This document shows, piece after piece, positions 9,201 to 17,848 of a DNA stretch of 64,000 bases. Position 1 is the first letter of the stretch; every line of letters begins with the position of its first letter. Both the position numbers and the translations under genes were made by a program. Below the pieces are notes generated by a model. That model worked only from the letters and a program-made list of their open reading frames with translations, searched no databases and was not told where the DNA came from. The stretch comes from Candidatus Woesearchaeota archaeon (GTDB taxonomy: Archaea > Nanobdellota > Nanobdellia > Woesearchaeales > UBA583): NCBI GenBank assembly GCA_965205335.1, contig OZ242164.1, positions 704,001-768,000 on the forward strand, in the 5' to 3' direction.

Positions 9201-9780
9201 AATTCATAATCTTTATTGTATCATTCTTATGGTTAGCATTTTCAATAAAATCTCTAATAAATCCAAAACATTTATTTGAAGAAATTTTAAGTAAATAATA
9301 ACCCATTTCTGCCCTAAAGCCTATAACTGATTTTTCTGGATCTTTCTTGTTCAGAGGGCTTTTTTCATATAACTTTTTTATTTTTTCTAAGTCATCACCA
9401 AATTCTTCAAACCATCCTTTAAAACCATCTTTGACATATTGGATTTGCGAAATTGAGAAATCCTTTCTTCTATTATTTTGATAAAATTCATTTTTAAAAT
9501 GGATTTTTAACCAATCTTTTTTTACAGTGATAAGTTTGTCATATATTAAATTATCTTCTTTGTCTCTTCTAAATTCATTGTCTTCATCTTTCACATACAA
9601 AAAATCCTTTAAATCTTGAGAAATTTTTGAACCATTTTTATAGAAATTTTCAAAATCAATTTCTCCTTTATTGCTTCCTTCTTTCTCAATATCCCTTAAA
9701 CTTCCTTTACATTCTTCCAAATTAAACCTTATTGCTTTTGTGTACTGGTATTCACCAACACTTTTATTATTTTCTGCCAT
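6235..9780 (-). CDS. cas12a2: Cas12a2-family type V effector, Smithella Cms1-like clade (Cas12a3-like); alternative GTG start at 9792
   Basis: YQYTKAIRF N-terminus; YLPSQSVGLCIAKGSMNYYTVNKK; RuvC-I YGIDRGQIELATL; IDLTTAKVIKDKIILNGD; ANMIGVI; RuvC-II ILEDL; CPYC Zn ribbon; RuvC-III DNPDKVATYNVA. These match my recollection of SmCms1. Confidence 0.88.
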   Translation of the reverse strand: MAENNKSVGEYQYTKAIRFNLEECKGSLRDIEKEGSNKGEIDFENFYKNGSKISQDLKDFLYVKDEDNEFRRDKEDNLIYDKLITVKKDWLKIHFKNEFYQNNRRKDFSISQIQYVKDGFKGWFEEFGDDLEKIKKLYEKSPLNKKDPEKSVIGFRAEMGYYLLKISSNKCFGFIRDFIENANHKNDTIKIMNLTKDIDKFGKQLEMLKEEYLPSQSVGLCIAKGSMNYYTVNKKPKEYYEEEIKMVEEQLDEKKYYYDKNSKVLQIGRFGDFNFGEKPNCEEIKFLEEYKQIRSSSENKVYFDIFGIKTLIKDLKAEMKSLFFELCKKESLENLENRFFLFGNRQHIEEVKNLTQKIELNNRANQYSNYGSKPDAQKLKKGRGDFLIKRKYFDRETHRRVDNKHFKNWWRLIESFKRISLGYGRLKAQIKGIERERIEAENNKFWVLFLEDKNDKFVLLVPKDERRKVKDELKELEVNQSGSDNNIWVLESLTKRALHKLCFAEESTFASEMKGEDRSLCNELQRVKKATDDKDELEKRKRRNYDEKLKSELMLPFLKNVLRSNYTKKRLDLKHFDLTKVLETNNLNDFELELENACYDWRKISISNESLNKLIDNHSIIKCKITSYDLENRNKNTHQTPESNYKRHTEEIWNKFWERDKSIRINPEIKIYLRKENAELRQYLIDKDFDLDKIKHRNLEDKYTLTTSFSLNAGKKYPELAFAETRELLEEINKFNDKFNERNWNDFYKYGIDRGQIELATLCIAKFDKNETYEVNGDTLVKPKFPQGEEDIKCYELKKGFYDKREKPSSKMVNFTDIKEKRVIANLSYFIDRTDDRSWFDEKTCTCIDLTTAKVIKDKIILNGDVLTFLKLKKEGVKRIIFDDCNKDSKLEWDEEKSEVDSIPLKLDGKEIYFFDKKFEGLLVKDNLKYTKENIFNSLQKYLKELKEKEDSEHKPSVVKLNHLRDSVVANMIGVISFLQKKYPGFVILEDLNVGDVDKHFKELYINISRRLEFSLFNKFQTLGLVPPHIKNLIEIREDLRKGRENELREEIKKETGKEELGKKQEKKITNKMKNYSEQFGAIIFVSKMGTSAECPYCEKQWNWDKNNNDKGRTIKDLKLKERRYLCGEHKNSECVFDTDSISGKYEFLKEIDNPDKVATYNVAKKIKDYKDIGKLSNTQN

Positions 9781-9808
9781 TTTAGATTTCACTTCAACTA
9801 CATCTCAC

Positions 9809-12800
9809 TTATGAATTGTATTTAGACCTTTGTCTATTCACAACATCATCCCTCTGAGCATAATTTTGCCAATCAGTTTTAGATATACCTTTAATCTTAT
9901 CTTCTGGATTTGAATCAATTCTATTCAAAATAATAACTCCCTTCCTTGCAACATTATACGCCCCGTTTGCATCACTATCCTGTGGAAGTTTTGAATCATC
10001 CTCACAATTACGACTATCATAAAAAGGCTCAACAGGGGAAAGTATAAAATCAGACTTGTGATTATGAACTCCTTCATTCATCTTGGAACTATCGGTAACT
10101 CGCATATCTAAAAGGCGATTGAAATGAGCAGTTAGTTTAGCAAGAAATTTAGATTTATGAAATTTCTCTGTATTATCAGAATCACAAATCCCTTCTTTAT
10201 AATCCTTTTCTGCTTCTAAAACAAGTCCTTCTTTCTCAAATAAGTCCTTTAACTTTTGATTAACACTAATAACCTCATGAGATTTCCATTTGCCATTCTT
10301 AGCACTTTCATATTCTGGCAAATCTTTTTTATCAGCAGTCAATTTCCTTTCTTTAAATTCTGACCTGTCTATATGACTATGAATTGTCCATTTTGTTCTT
10401 GTTAATTTTGTTTCATCATTTTCGTTTTTATCCTCATAACTACCTGTCATTCCTTTAAGATTTTTTAATTCATAAGTAAATTCAAAATGTTCTCCATTAT
10501 AAATAATAGAATCAAACTTACCAAAGAATCCTTGAGAATTTTTGGCATCCTTATATTTATGATAAAGACTTCGCATATATCCTGTCACAGGGTCAGTTTT
10601 AGATGTGTAACCTGCCGTTGTATAAAAAAGAATTCCAGATTGTTTGCCAAGTTTTTGAAAACTATCAAATTTGTTAGTAAGTTGATAAGCCCTTAAATGA
10701 TGTCCTGCCTTTCCAAATTCATTATTATCCTTAAAAACCGAATAATTTAATTTATCAATTAGAGCCTTCTCAAATTTCTGATAAACTTGTTTTTCAACTT
10801 TAAACCTTCCTCGCTTAAAACCGAAATTTAAATCCTCTAAAACAACAATTGCATTATGCTTAATGATAAGTTTGCTGAGTTGATGAACTACTTGTGACAA
10901 ATAGCCCTCTTTCAATTCTTTAATATTTTCTATCGTCTCCCAATTTTCACGAGCACCTGCCCTCTCTTTCTCTTTATCATTAAGTTTATCCCAATAGTTA
11001 ATTTTTCTTGTCTTACTTTCGCCTTTAGGCTTAAAATCATTATCAATTTCATTAAAACTTCCTTGCTCACTTCCCTGTCCCAAAATATCACCTTGCTGAT
11101 CAATAACTGTATAATATAACAAATTTCGTTCTCCCCTATCAATTCCTATGATATTTACTTTCTCCAAATTATCCTTTATGTGTTGATTGATTTCCTTGTT
11201 GATATAATCAGTTCCTATTGCCTTAAAGTTAAGAGTGATAGGACAATGAAAAAGCAATTTATCTTCACTATACCTTTTATCTTTTAAGATTGGATTTCTC
11301 TCACCTTTCTCAATTCGTTGTTTAATCTCCCCCTTAATGATGTCACTATGGTGTCCTTTCTCCCGTTTACTTTGAGAATATTTAATCGAAGTTTTACGAT
11401 AAAAAATTTCTGCTTCCCCATTAAGTTTAGAGACTACATCTTTTAAATTATTTTCATCAAACAAAGATTTCCAATACAAAGTATGTAAATTCTTTCTTCC
11501 TTTGCTATGAGGTGAAAAATCTTTATTATAAATCTGGAAAAGATAAATCTTTTCATCATCTATCATCTTGTTAATATAATTCTCACTTATATTAGAAAAT
11601 GTGATTTTATAAATACACCCCGATAGTTGATTGTAAAATTTATCCAAAGAATCATAATTTCTTGTAAAAGTATCTTTGTAGTCGTAATTTGCTTCTGCAA
11701 CACTTGTATAACATTCACAAAAATTTCTACAAAAATTAATCCATTTAGTAAGAGCATCCCTATAACCTTTCTCATCTTTTGACAATTCCAAATATTTCTT
11801 TTGAAACTTTTTTGGTCTTGTATCATTACTCCTTTTAGAAACGAAAGAATTTGTGTTTTTATCATAAACGAAATTATTTAATTCAAAAATTTCTTTTGTA
11901 ATAATCAAATCTTTCTTGAAATTTTCTTGTTTTTTCTTGTCTTTGCTTTGCTTAAATATAGAAGTATTAAAATCATTATCGCTATTTGTAAAATGTTTTT
12001 TAACTTCGTTTAATTGTGTACTACATTTAGGAATCATTGTTGTTCCATCTTTGAAGAATTTATAGTTCATCTTCTTATAAATGCTGCCTTCTCCTTTAAT
12101 TAGCAACAAATTTTCTAATTTCTTTCTTAACTCGCCAAGTTTTTTTAACTCCTCCTCATAAACTCTTGTACCTTGACTTTTTTTGTTAATTTTATTTTCT
12201 TGTTCACTAATTTTTCCTCTTAAACTCTCTATTTCCTTTTTATGTTTATCATCATCAGCAAACTCAAAAAGTCTATTATTTTCTTTATTCATAATTGCTA
12301 AATAGAATTGTTCATCTTTAACTAATAAGACTGCAGTGTTGTCAGTTTCCTTATTCAAGTCCCAACCAGCAGCTAAAGTGGAATTTTCAAAATTCAGTTT
12401 AAATTTCTTAGTTGAAAAATCTTTTTTGGTTAAGAAATTACGAGCCATATTATAAAGACGACTAATCCGATTTTCATCAAGAAAACTTTGAATGAACTTT
12501 TTCCATGAGTCATTCTGCTCTTCACTTTTATCTAAATCCTTTTCTTTTACACTTAAACTTCTAAAAAAACTGAACAAATCTCGAGAAGCATCCAAATATT
12601 CCTTAATAGGCTTCTTTTCTTTTTTATCTAAAACTTCATCATTTAAATTTTCCTTATCCTTTAAAGACCCAGTACATTTCTTATAATTACAAAGAGTTTC
12701 CTTCCTCTGATTTAGCAGATAATAATATTTAGATTTAAAATAAGATAAAAAAATATTTTCGGATTCCATCTTCCCATCCTTTAGCCAAGGACGGTTTGTT

Positions 12801-14479
12801 TTATCTGCAGTTTCTATAAATTGCTCATAAAAATTACTTTTCTCTTTATTGCTTTCATTTGTATCAACCCATTCTCTTTTCTCCTGAAGTTTATCCTCTA
12901 TCTCTTTAATCGTAAATGCTTTTCGTTTTGCTTGTTTTTTCTTTTCTGTATCCTCAAATCCGTCTAAATACCATTGTTCCAAAGCATTCCAACTTCCTGT
13001 TAAATCATTAGAGATAAATCTCAAACTTTCTTTGCTGATATAAATCTCATTTCTATTTTCTTCTTTCCTAGACTCTTCTAATTCTTCTAATAAATCGCTG
13101 AAAGATAATTCTCCACTTTCTTTGTTACCTTTCTCAATAAAATTAATTAATTTAGTCTCATCTTCCACAAACTCATCAATTTTTTCAATAAGACCTTCAT
13201 TACTTTCAAAAGCCTCAATAAATTCCCCATCTTGTTCGCTTAAAATTTGTTTATAAAACTCTTGTAAAGGTGGAAATTCTTTACGTCCTGCTCCTGCTTT
13301 TTGGCGTGTTAAATTAACCAATTCATTAATTCCTTGAACTTTTGATTTTCCTTCTTCTTCAGGAATACCTCCAAGAATTTTATTATACATATCAATTCCC
13401 TTTTGTGATAAAAAAGATAGAAAACATTCATATTTAAAAATTTCTTCCGCATTGAAATTTAACTTGCTCTCAACTTTTTGTAACTCCTTATCCCAACTCC
13501 AATCTTTTTCTTCCAGAGTGTCTTGATATTTTTTTATTGTTTCCCTCAAATTTTCCCATTTCTTGATATTATCAAAATGAAATTTTATGTTTTGCTCAAA
13601 CAAACGATGAGCAACAGAAGTTGATTTAAAATGCCAATTATCATTATTACCTTCACCTTTAATATCATAAACATTTTCCCTATTCTTATTAAAGCCCCCA
13701 AAGTAACTATTAAAACCATCAAACTCCTTTATTGACTTTGTGGCTTTTTCATCCTGAATATAAAACAATCGTAAAAGAGTAAAAAGAGTGTCAGTTTTCT
13801 TATATAAATGCGATGTTTCACGAAATTCGTAGCCCAAACATTTTTTATATTCTTTGAGTGTTCTTTCTAAATCTTGAATTTGCTTGTCTAGTTTCCTTCT
13901 TTCTGTTCGTAATTCTTCTAACTTTTCAGTTTCACTTTTAGAAGCCTCTTTAATTTGCTTAGCAATACTTTCTCTTTTTTCTTTCTTTCTTTTTAATTTT
14001 TGTTCATCATCTGCCCGCTGTTGCTTTAAATATTCTCTCTTCTCTTTTAGAGTTTCAAAAAATTCAGAAGTACTATTATCCAAAATATCAACCAATTTAC
14101 TTGCCAACTCCTTTTGAATTCTGTTAATCACAACATCATCCCAATCTTTCTTGCTTTTAGTATATTCATTATAAAATAACCCTATTTCCTTATTTAGATT
14201 ATCCTTTTGAAATGGAGAAATATTTTCATCAGATAAAGCAAAGCATAAAAATTCACGATGTAAATCATCTATCAGCCTTTTAACTTTCTTATATGCTTCC
14301 GCTCTTTCCTTATCTTCCAAAATCAAATCCGCCAAAGACAAATCAAAATCCTTCTTCTCTTTTATATTTCTCACTAATTCCTCTGTTTTCCCAACAGGTT
14401 TCAACTCAAACCTTAAAGTCTTAGACAAACTATATTGATTTGTAAACTCATCCCATATGCAATTTTCTGATTCTGCCAT
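9809..14479 (-). CDS. cas12a: Type V-A effector Cas12a (Cpf1), 1556 aa
   Basis: FTNQYSLSKTLRFEL, YNMARNFLTKK, TLAAGWDLNKE, MIPKCSTQL, YLFQIYNKDFS, LHTLYW, LNGEAEIFYR, GIDRGERNL, VLEDLNFGFKRGR, DSDANGAYNVARKG. Confidence 0.98.
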   Translation of the reverse strand: MAESENCIWDEFTNQYSLSKTLRFELKPVGKTEELVRNIKEKKDFDLSLADLILEDKERAEAYKKVKRLIDDLHREFLCFALSDENISPFQKDNLNKEIGLFYNEYTKSKKDWDDVVINRIQKELASKLVDILDNSTSEFFETLKEKREYLKQQRADDEQKLKRKKEKRESIAKQIKEASKSETEKLEELRTERRKLDKQIQDLERTLKEYKKCLGYEFRETSHLYKKTDTLFTLLRLFYIQDEKATKSIKEFDGFNSYFGGFNKNRENVYDIKGEGNNDNWHFKSTSVAHRLFEQNIKFHFDNIKKWENLRETIKKYQDTLEEKDWSWDKELQKVESKLNFNAEEIFKYECFLSFLSQKGIDMYNKILGGIPEEEGKSKVQGINELVNLTRQKAGAGRKEFPPLQEFYKQILSEQDGEFIEAFESNEGLIEKIDEFVEDETKLINFIEKGNKESGELSFSDLLEELEESRKEENRNEIYISKESLRFISNDLTGSWNALEQWYLDGFEDTEKKKQAKRKAFTIKEIEDKLQEKREWVDTNESNKEKSNFYEQFIETADKTNRPWLKDGKMESENIFLSYFKSKYYYLLNQRKETLCNYKKCTGSLKDKENLNDEVLDKKEKKPIKEYLDASRDLFSFFRSLSVKEKDLDKSEEQNDSWKKFIQSFLDENRISRLYNMARNFLTKKDFSTKKFKLNFENSTLAAGWDLNKETDNTAVLLVKDEQFYLAIMNKENNRLFEFADDDKHKKEIESLRGKISEQENKINKKSQGTRVYEEELKKLGELRKKLENLLLIKGEGSIYKKMNYKFFKDGTTMIPKCSTQLNEVKKHFTNSDNDFNTSIFKQSKDKKKQENFKKDLIITKEIFELNNFVYDKNTNSFVSKRSNDTRPKKFQKKYLELSKDEKGYRDALTKWINFCRNFCECYTSVAEANYDYKDTFTRNYDSLDKFYNQLSGCIYKITFSNISENYINKMIDDEKIYLFQIYNKDFSPHSKGRKNLHTLYWKSLFDENNLKDVVSKLNGEAEIFYRKTSIKYSQSKREKGHHSDIIKGEIKQRIEKGERNPILKDKRYSEDKLLFHCPITLNFKAIGTDYINKEINQHIKDNLEKVNIIGIDRGERNLLYYTVIDQQGDILGQGSEQGSFNEIDNDFKPKGESKTRKINYWDKLNDKEKERAGARENWETIENIKELKEGYLSQVVHQLSKLIIKHNAIVVLEDLNFGFKRGRFKVEKQVYQKFEKALIDKLNYSVFKDNNEFGKAGHHLRAYQLTNKFDSFQKLGKQSGILFYTTAGYTSKTDPVTGYMRSLYHKYKDAKNSQGFFGKFDSIIYNGEHFEFTYELKNLKGMTGSYEDKNENDETKLTRTKWTIHSHIDRSEFKERKLTADKKDLPEYESAKNGKWKSHEVISVNQKLKDLFEKEGLVLEAEKDYKEGICDSDNTEKFHKSKFLAKLTAHFNRLLDMRVTDSSKMNEGVHNHKSDFILSPVEPFYDSRNCEDDSKLPQDSDANGAYNVARKGVIILNRIDSNPEDKIKGISKTDWQNYAQRDDVVNRQRSKYNS

Positions 14480-14502
14480 ATACTAAGGGAAACAATAAAT
14501 GA

Positions 14503-14517
14503 ATTATAAACATTTCT
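14503..14517 (-). promoter_or_regulatory. Putative BRE/TATA box for a leaderless cas12a transcript
   Basis: Minus strand GAAATG-TTTATAAT about 24 nt before the cas12a ATG. Confidence 0.6.
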
Positions 14518-14530
14518 CATCTAGTTTTCA

Positions 14531-15514
14531 TGTATTGTCCGCAAAAAATTTCCCACCTTGGAAATTGAGTCTTTTATGAAACTAAATGCTTTGGACATTG
14601 AAAAGATAATTAAGCGTAAGAATAAAGGTGTTTCATCTGTTTTTATTGCTAAGCAGTTCAATATTAGTAAAAGAAGAGTTAATCAACTTTTCTTAGAATT
14701 TAAGAAAACAGGGTTACTTCCTGTTTTGCAGAAGAATGGCATGAAACCAAAAAGAGTCTATCTTAGAAGTTTAGAAAGAAGAATTCTTTCTTTGCATTCA
14801 AAACTAGGGTTTGGAGCAAATTACATTTGTCAATATCTGCGTAAGAAAGAAAACTTTAAAATTGCAAATAACTATGTTCATATTGTGTTACTTGCAAATA
14901 ATAAAGCAACTGCCAATCCTAAAAAGCAAAAGAGAAGAAAGCCATGGATTCGTTATGAAAAACCATGGTCTTTAGATATGGTTCATATGGATTGGCACTA
15001 TAATTCACATTTGCAAATGTGGATGTGTGCGGTCTTAGATGATAAATCAAGGAAAATCCTTTGTGGAGGCGAGTTCAAAAAACAAGAAGCAAAACACAAT
15101 ATTGGGTTGATCAAACAAGCTTACAAAACGTATTTGCATATAAGACCAATTGATATTTGTTTGACTGATAGAGGCAGTCAGTTTTATGCAAATAAGCAAG
15201 AGGGTAAACAACAAGGCATATCTGAGTTCCAAAGAGTTCTTGCCAGGTTAGGAATTACACATTCAAAATGTAGATATAAACACCCTCAAACCAATGGTAA
15301 GTTTGAGAAGTGGAATCATACCTATGAACTTCATAGACAGAAATTCAACACATTTAATGAATTTATGGACTGGTATAATCATAGACCGCATGGTAGCTTG
15401 GATTTTGATACGCCTGAACAAGTGTTCTGGCGTGAATTAATGCCATGGACATTAGGTAGGTTTATAAAAATGATTGGAGGTAATAAAAGTGGGAAAAAGA
15501 ATTAGGACAACACA
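14531..15514 (+). mobile_element. IS481-family insertion sequence
   Basis: Imperfect 26-bp terminal IRs TGTATTGTCC...TTTCCCAC and (rc) TGTGTTGTCC...TTTCCCAC; no target duplication visible. Confidence 0.85.
14576..15505 (+). CDS. IS481-family DDE transposase
   Basis: HTH; VHMDW, LDDKSR, TDRGSQF, PQTNGKFEK, YNHRPHGSL rve integrase core. Confidence 0.9.
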   Translation: MKLNALDIEKIIKRKNKGVSSVFIAKQFNISKRRVNQLFLEFKKTGLLPVLQKNGMKPKRVYLRSLERRILSLHSKLGFGANYICQYLRKKENFKIANNYVHIVLLANNKATANPKKQKRRKPWIRYEKPWSLDMVHMDWHYNSHLQMWMCAVLDDKSRKILCGGEFKKQEAKHNIGLIKQAYKTYLHIRPIDICLTDRGSQFYANKQEGKQQGISEFQRVLARLGITHSKCRYKHPQTNGKFEKWNHTYELHRQKFNTFNEFMDWYNHRPHGSLDFDTPEQVFWRELMPWTLGRFIKMIGGNKSGKKN

Positions 15515-16301
15515 CTCGAAGAACTAGGTGACGATATTTCAAATTAAAGAATTTAATTGAGATGAAACTGGAAGTTTACTTCCATGGAAGCGATGGCTTC
15601 AACTCCCAAAAATTCCTGCTAAATCCACATTACATGATTGGATGAAGTCATTTAATTTAGAATTTATTAGAGAATTGTTACATCAAACAATTTCGGAGAT
15701 TAAACCTGAAATTGTTGCAATTGATGGATCAGGAGTTGATACTCAATATAAATCATCATATTTTCAAAAACGTTTAATGGACTTTGGATTTAGAAAACCA
15801 AAAACTCCATGGCATAAATTAGACATCATAGTTGATGTTAAATCTAAAGAAAAATGGATTTTAGATTTTTCTTTTTTAATTAAACAACAACACGATTCAA
15901 AAGTTGCTTGGCAACTTTTTAAGCGAATTTAAAGAATTGCACTTTGGTAGTTCCACCAAAGAATTATGGAACTAAATGTGTTCATAGAAACTATGAACGT
16001 GAAAAGTTCCATAAGCAATATTATGAAAATGAAAAATTATATTCATTAAGAAACAATGTTGAAAGTGTGTTTTCTTCTTTGAAACGAGCTCAAGGACTCA
16101 AAATCCGTTCTAAGAAAGGATTTATGAAAAAAAGAGAGATGGGTTGGCAAATGGTTTGGTATAATATTAGAAAAAAACTTTCTTGCATAAAGTTTTTTGT
16201 TCAATTTATAATTAAGAATTTGATTGAAATTATTAAATATTTGAATTTTAATTTGAAAAATCAAATTTCAACTAATTAAAAATTAGTTTCCGGACAGAGC
16301 C
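15515..16301 (+). pseudogene. Truncated, internally deleted IS5-family transposase remnant with right IR (...CGGACAGAGCC)
   Basis: AIDGSG, WHKL, HDS, RNNVESVFSSLKR split over two ORFs; ADKGY segment missing; left end replaced by IS481. Confidence 0.8.
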
Positions 16302-16344
16302 AACCTTACAAAAATTTTATAAACATTGAATTATAGCAAATAAT

Positions 16345-16713
16345 ATGCCTCACCAATGTTTAGGATGCGACAGAATTTATAACAACTCATCAGATGTAAT
16401 CATAAAAGGTTGCCCTGATTGTGGTAAGAAACTATTTCTATACATAAGAGATATGCCCAAAGAAGAAGAGGAGCAAATTGAAATCTCAAAAAGAAACAAA
16501 GAACTAATCCTAGAAGAAATTGAATCAATGACAAACATCCAAGACATCGAAGAACCAATTATCCTAAAACTTGAAAACGTAAGAGTCCTTGCTTCAGGAA
16601 AATACGAAATAGACATCAACCAACTCATGAAAAAAGAAAAACCCCTAATCTATAAAGTTCAGGACGGCACTTATGTAATTGACTTAAACTTTCTGGTGAA
16701 CGAAAATGAATGA
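16345..16713 (+). CDS. Zn-ribbon protein, OapC/DUF2072-like
   Basis: MPHQCxxC...GCPDCG, C-terminal GKYEIDI...DGTYVIDL. Confidence 0.82.
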   Translation: MPHQCLGCDRIYNNSSDVIIKGCPDCGKKLFLYIRDMPKEEEEQIEISKRNKELILEEIESMTNIQDIEEPIILKLENVRVLASGKYEIDINQLMKKEKPLIYKVQDGTYVIDLNFLVNENE

Positions 16714-17389
16714 AAAAAAACTATCACTAAACAAGAAACTTGACAAAATCCTAGAAAACGAAGAAGAAATCCTAGAAAACCAAAGAAAAATACTAAGCAA
16801 AGAAGAAGAAATAAAAGAACTTGAAGAAGAAGAAATCTCTAAAGAAGAAGAAATAAAAGAACTTGAAGAAGAAGAAATCTCTAAAGAAGAAGAAGGTCTT
16901 AAAAAAGTCATTAAAACAGAAGAAGAAACCCTTGCTGAACTTGAAGAACTTCAAAAAAACTTGAAGAAAAGCTTCTCATCAACTCTGAAAAAAATTACCA
17001 AAAGAGACATATTCAAAGGTTTCATTGGTGCATTCATTGGAGTCATAGGACACTTTGCCTTCATCAAAGCCGCAGACATTGCAGTAAAACTTAGCATAAC
17101 AAGAGCAACAATCTTATACCTCATTGCATTCATCATAATTATAATTATGCTTTATTACTCAGGATTTAGAAAAGTTGAAATGAGAATCACCATGAAATTC
17201 ATGCCCATTCGGGCAAGCCTTTTATTCTTAGTCTCCATCATAACAGTTATCTTTGTAAACCTCATTTTCGGGGAGATTTATCCTCCAATTGAATTTAGTG
17301 AACTTTATAAACTTGTAGGTGCAAGTATTATATTAGCAGTTATAGGTGCTGGCACAGCAGACTTGATAGGAAGAGTTAATGAAGAATGA
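16706..17389 (+). CDS. Membrane protein (DUF2391-like) with acidic coiled-coil N-terminus
   Basis: Four hydrophobic helices after RDIFKGFIGAFIG. Confidence 0.65.
   Translation: MNEKKLSLNKKLDKILENEEEILENQRKILSKEEEIKELEEEEISKEEEIKELEEEEISKEEEGLKKVIKTEEETLAELEELQKNLKKSFSSTLKKITKRDIFKGFIGAFIGVIGHFAFIKAADIAVKLSITRATILYLIAFIIIIIMLYYSGFRKVEMRITMKFMPIRASLLFLVSIITVIFVNLIFGEIYPPIEFSELYKLVGASIILAVIGAGTADLIGRVNEE
16799..16893 (+). repeat. 42-bp in-frame tandem repeat (about 2.3 copies) encoding KEEEIKELEEEEIS
   Basis: AAAGAAGAAGAAATAAAAGAACTTGAAGAAGAAGAAATCTCT repeated. Confidence 0.85.
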
Positions 17390-17796
17390 AAAATCCATTT
17401 AGATTTGGCAAAAAAAAAGAATCCAATGAATTTAAAATAATTGACGGAATAATTAAACTTATGAATACATTGAAAAATAAAATTGATGTTACAATCTATA
17501 CTCTTACCGATGATCAGACTTACAAGGACATAGTAAATAATGACAATGAAGGATTTACTAAGAGAATAGATACCATCAATGAAAGCAGGGATATTATGAT
17601 AAGGAATATTAAAGATCTAATAGGTGAAAATGCAAAATTCACATTCATAAATGAAATTCAGATAATCAAAAAACCCATAACCAACAACAGAGAAGAATTA
17701 CGCCGTTATTATACTAAAATTAATGAAATTCTACCCCATGCCATACAAGCACTTGTTAAACTAAGAAATGAAAAAACATTAGAGAAAAAAGATTAA
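17386..17796 (+). CDS. Hypothetical protein
   Basis: 136-aa ORF, ATGA overlap with upstream gene. Confidence 0.6.
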   Translation: MKNPFRFGKKKESNEFKIIDGIIKLMNTLKNKIDVTIYTLTDDQTYKDIVNNDNEGFTKRIDTINESRDIMIRNIKDLIGENAKFTFINEIQIIKKPITNNREELRRYYTKINEILPHAIQALVKLRNEKTLEKKD

Positions 17797-17848
17797 TCTT
17801 TAAATAATACAAACTTTTATAAAAAATTACTCTATAATAACTTATAGG

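Noticed and set aside
6235-9792. Second large ORF as a degenerate Cas12a duplicate or TnpB/Cas14
   Set aside because: Uninterrupted, all RuvC residues present, Zn ribbon in place of Nuc, Cms1-type motifs, far larger than TnpB
16345-16713. oapC as a marker of a nearby replication origin
   Set aside because: No oapA/oapB, cdc6 or ORB boxes visible in the window
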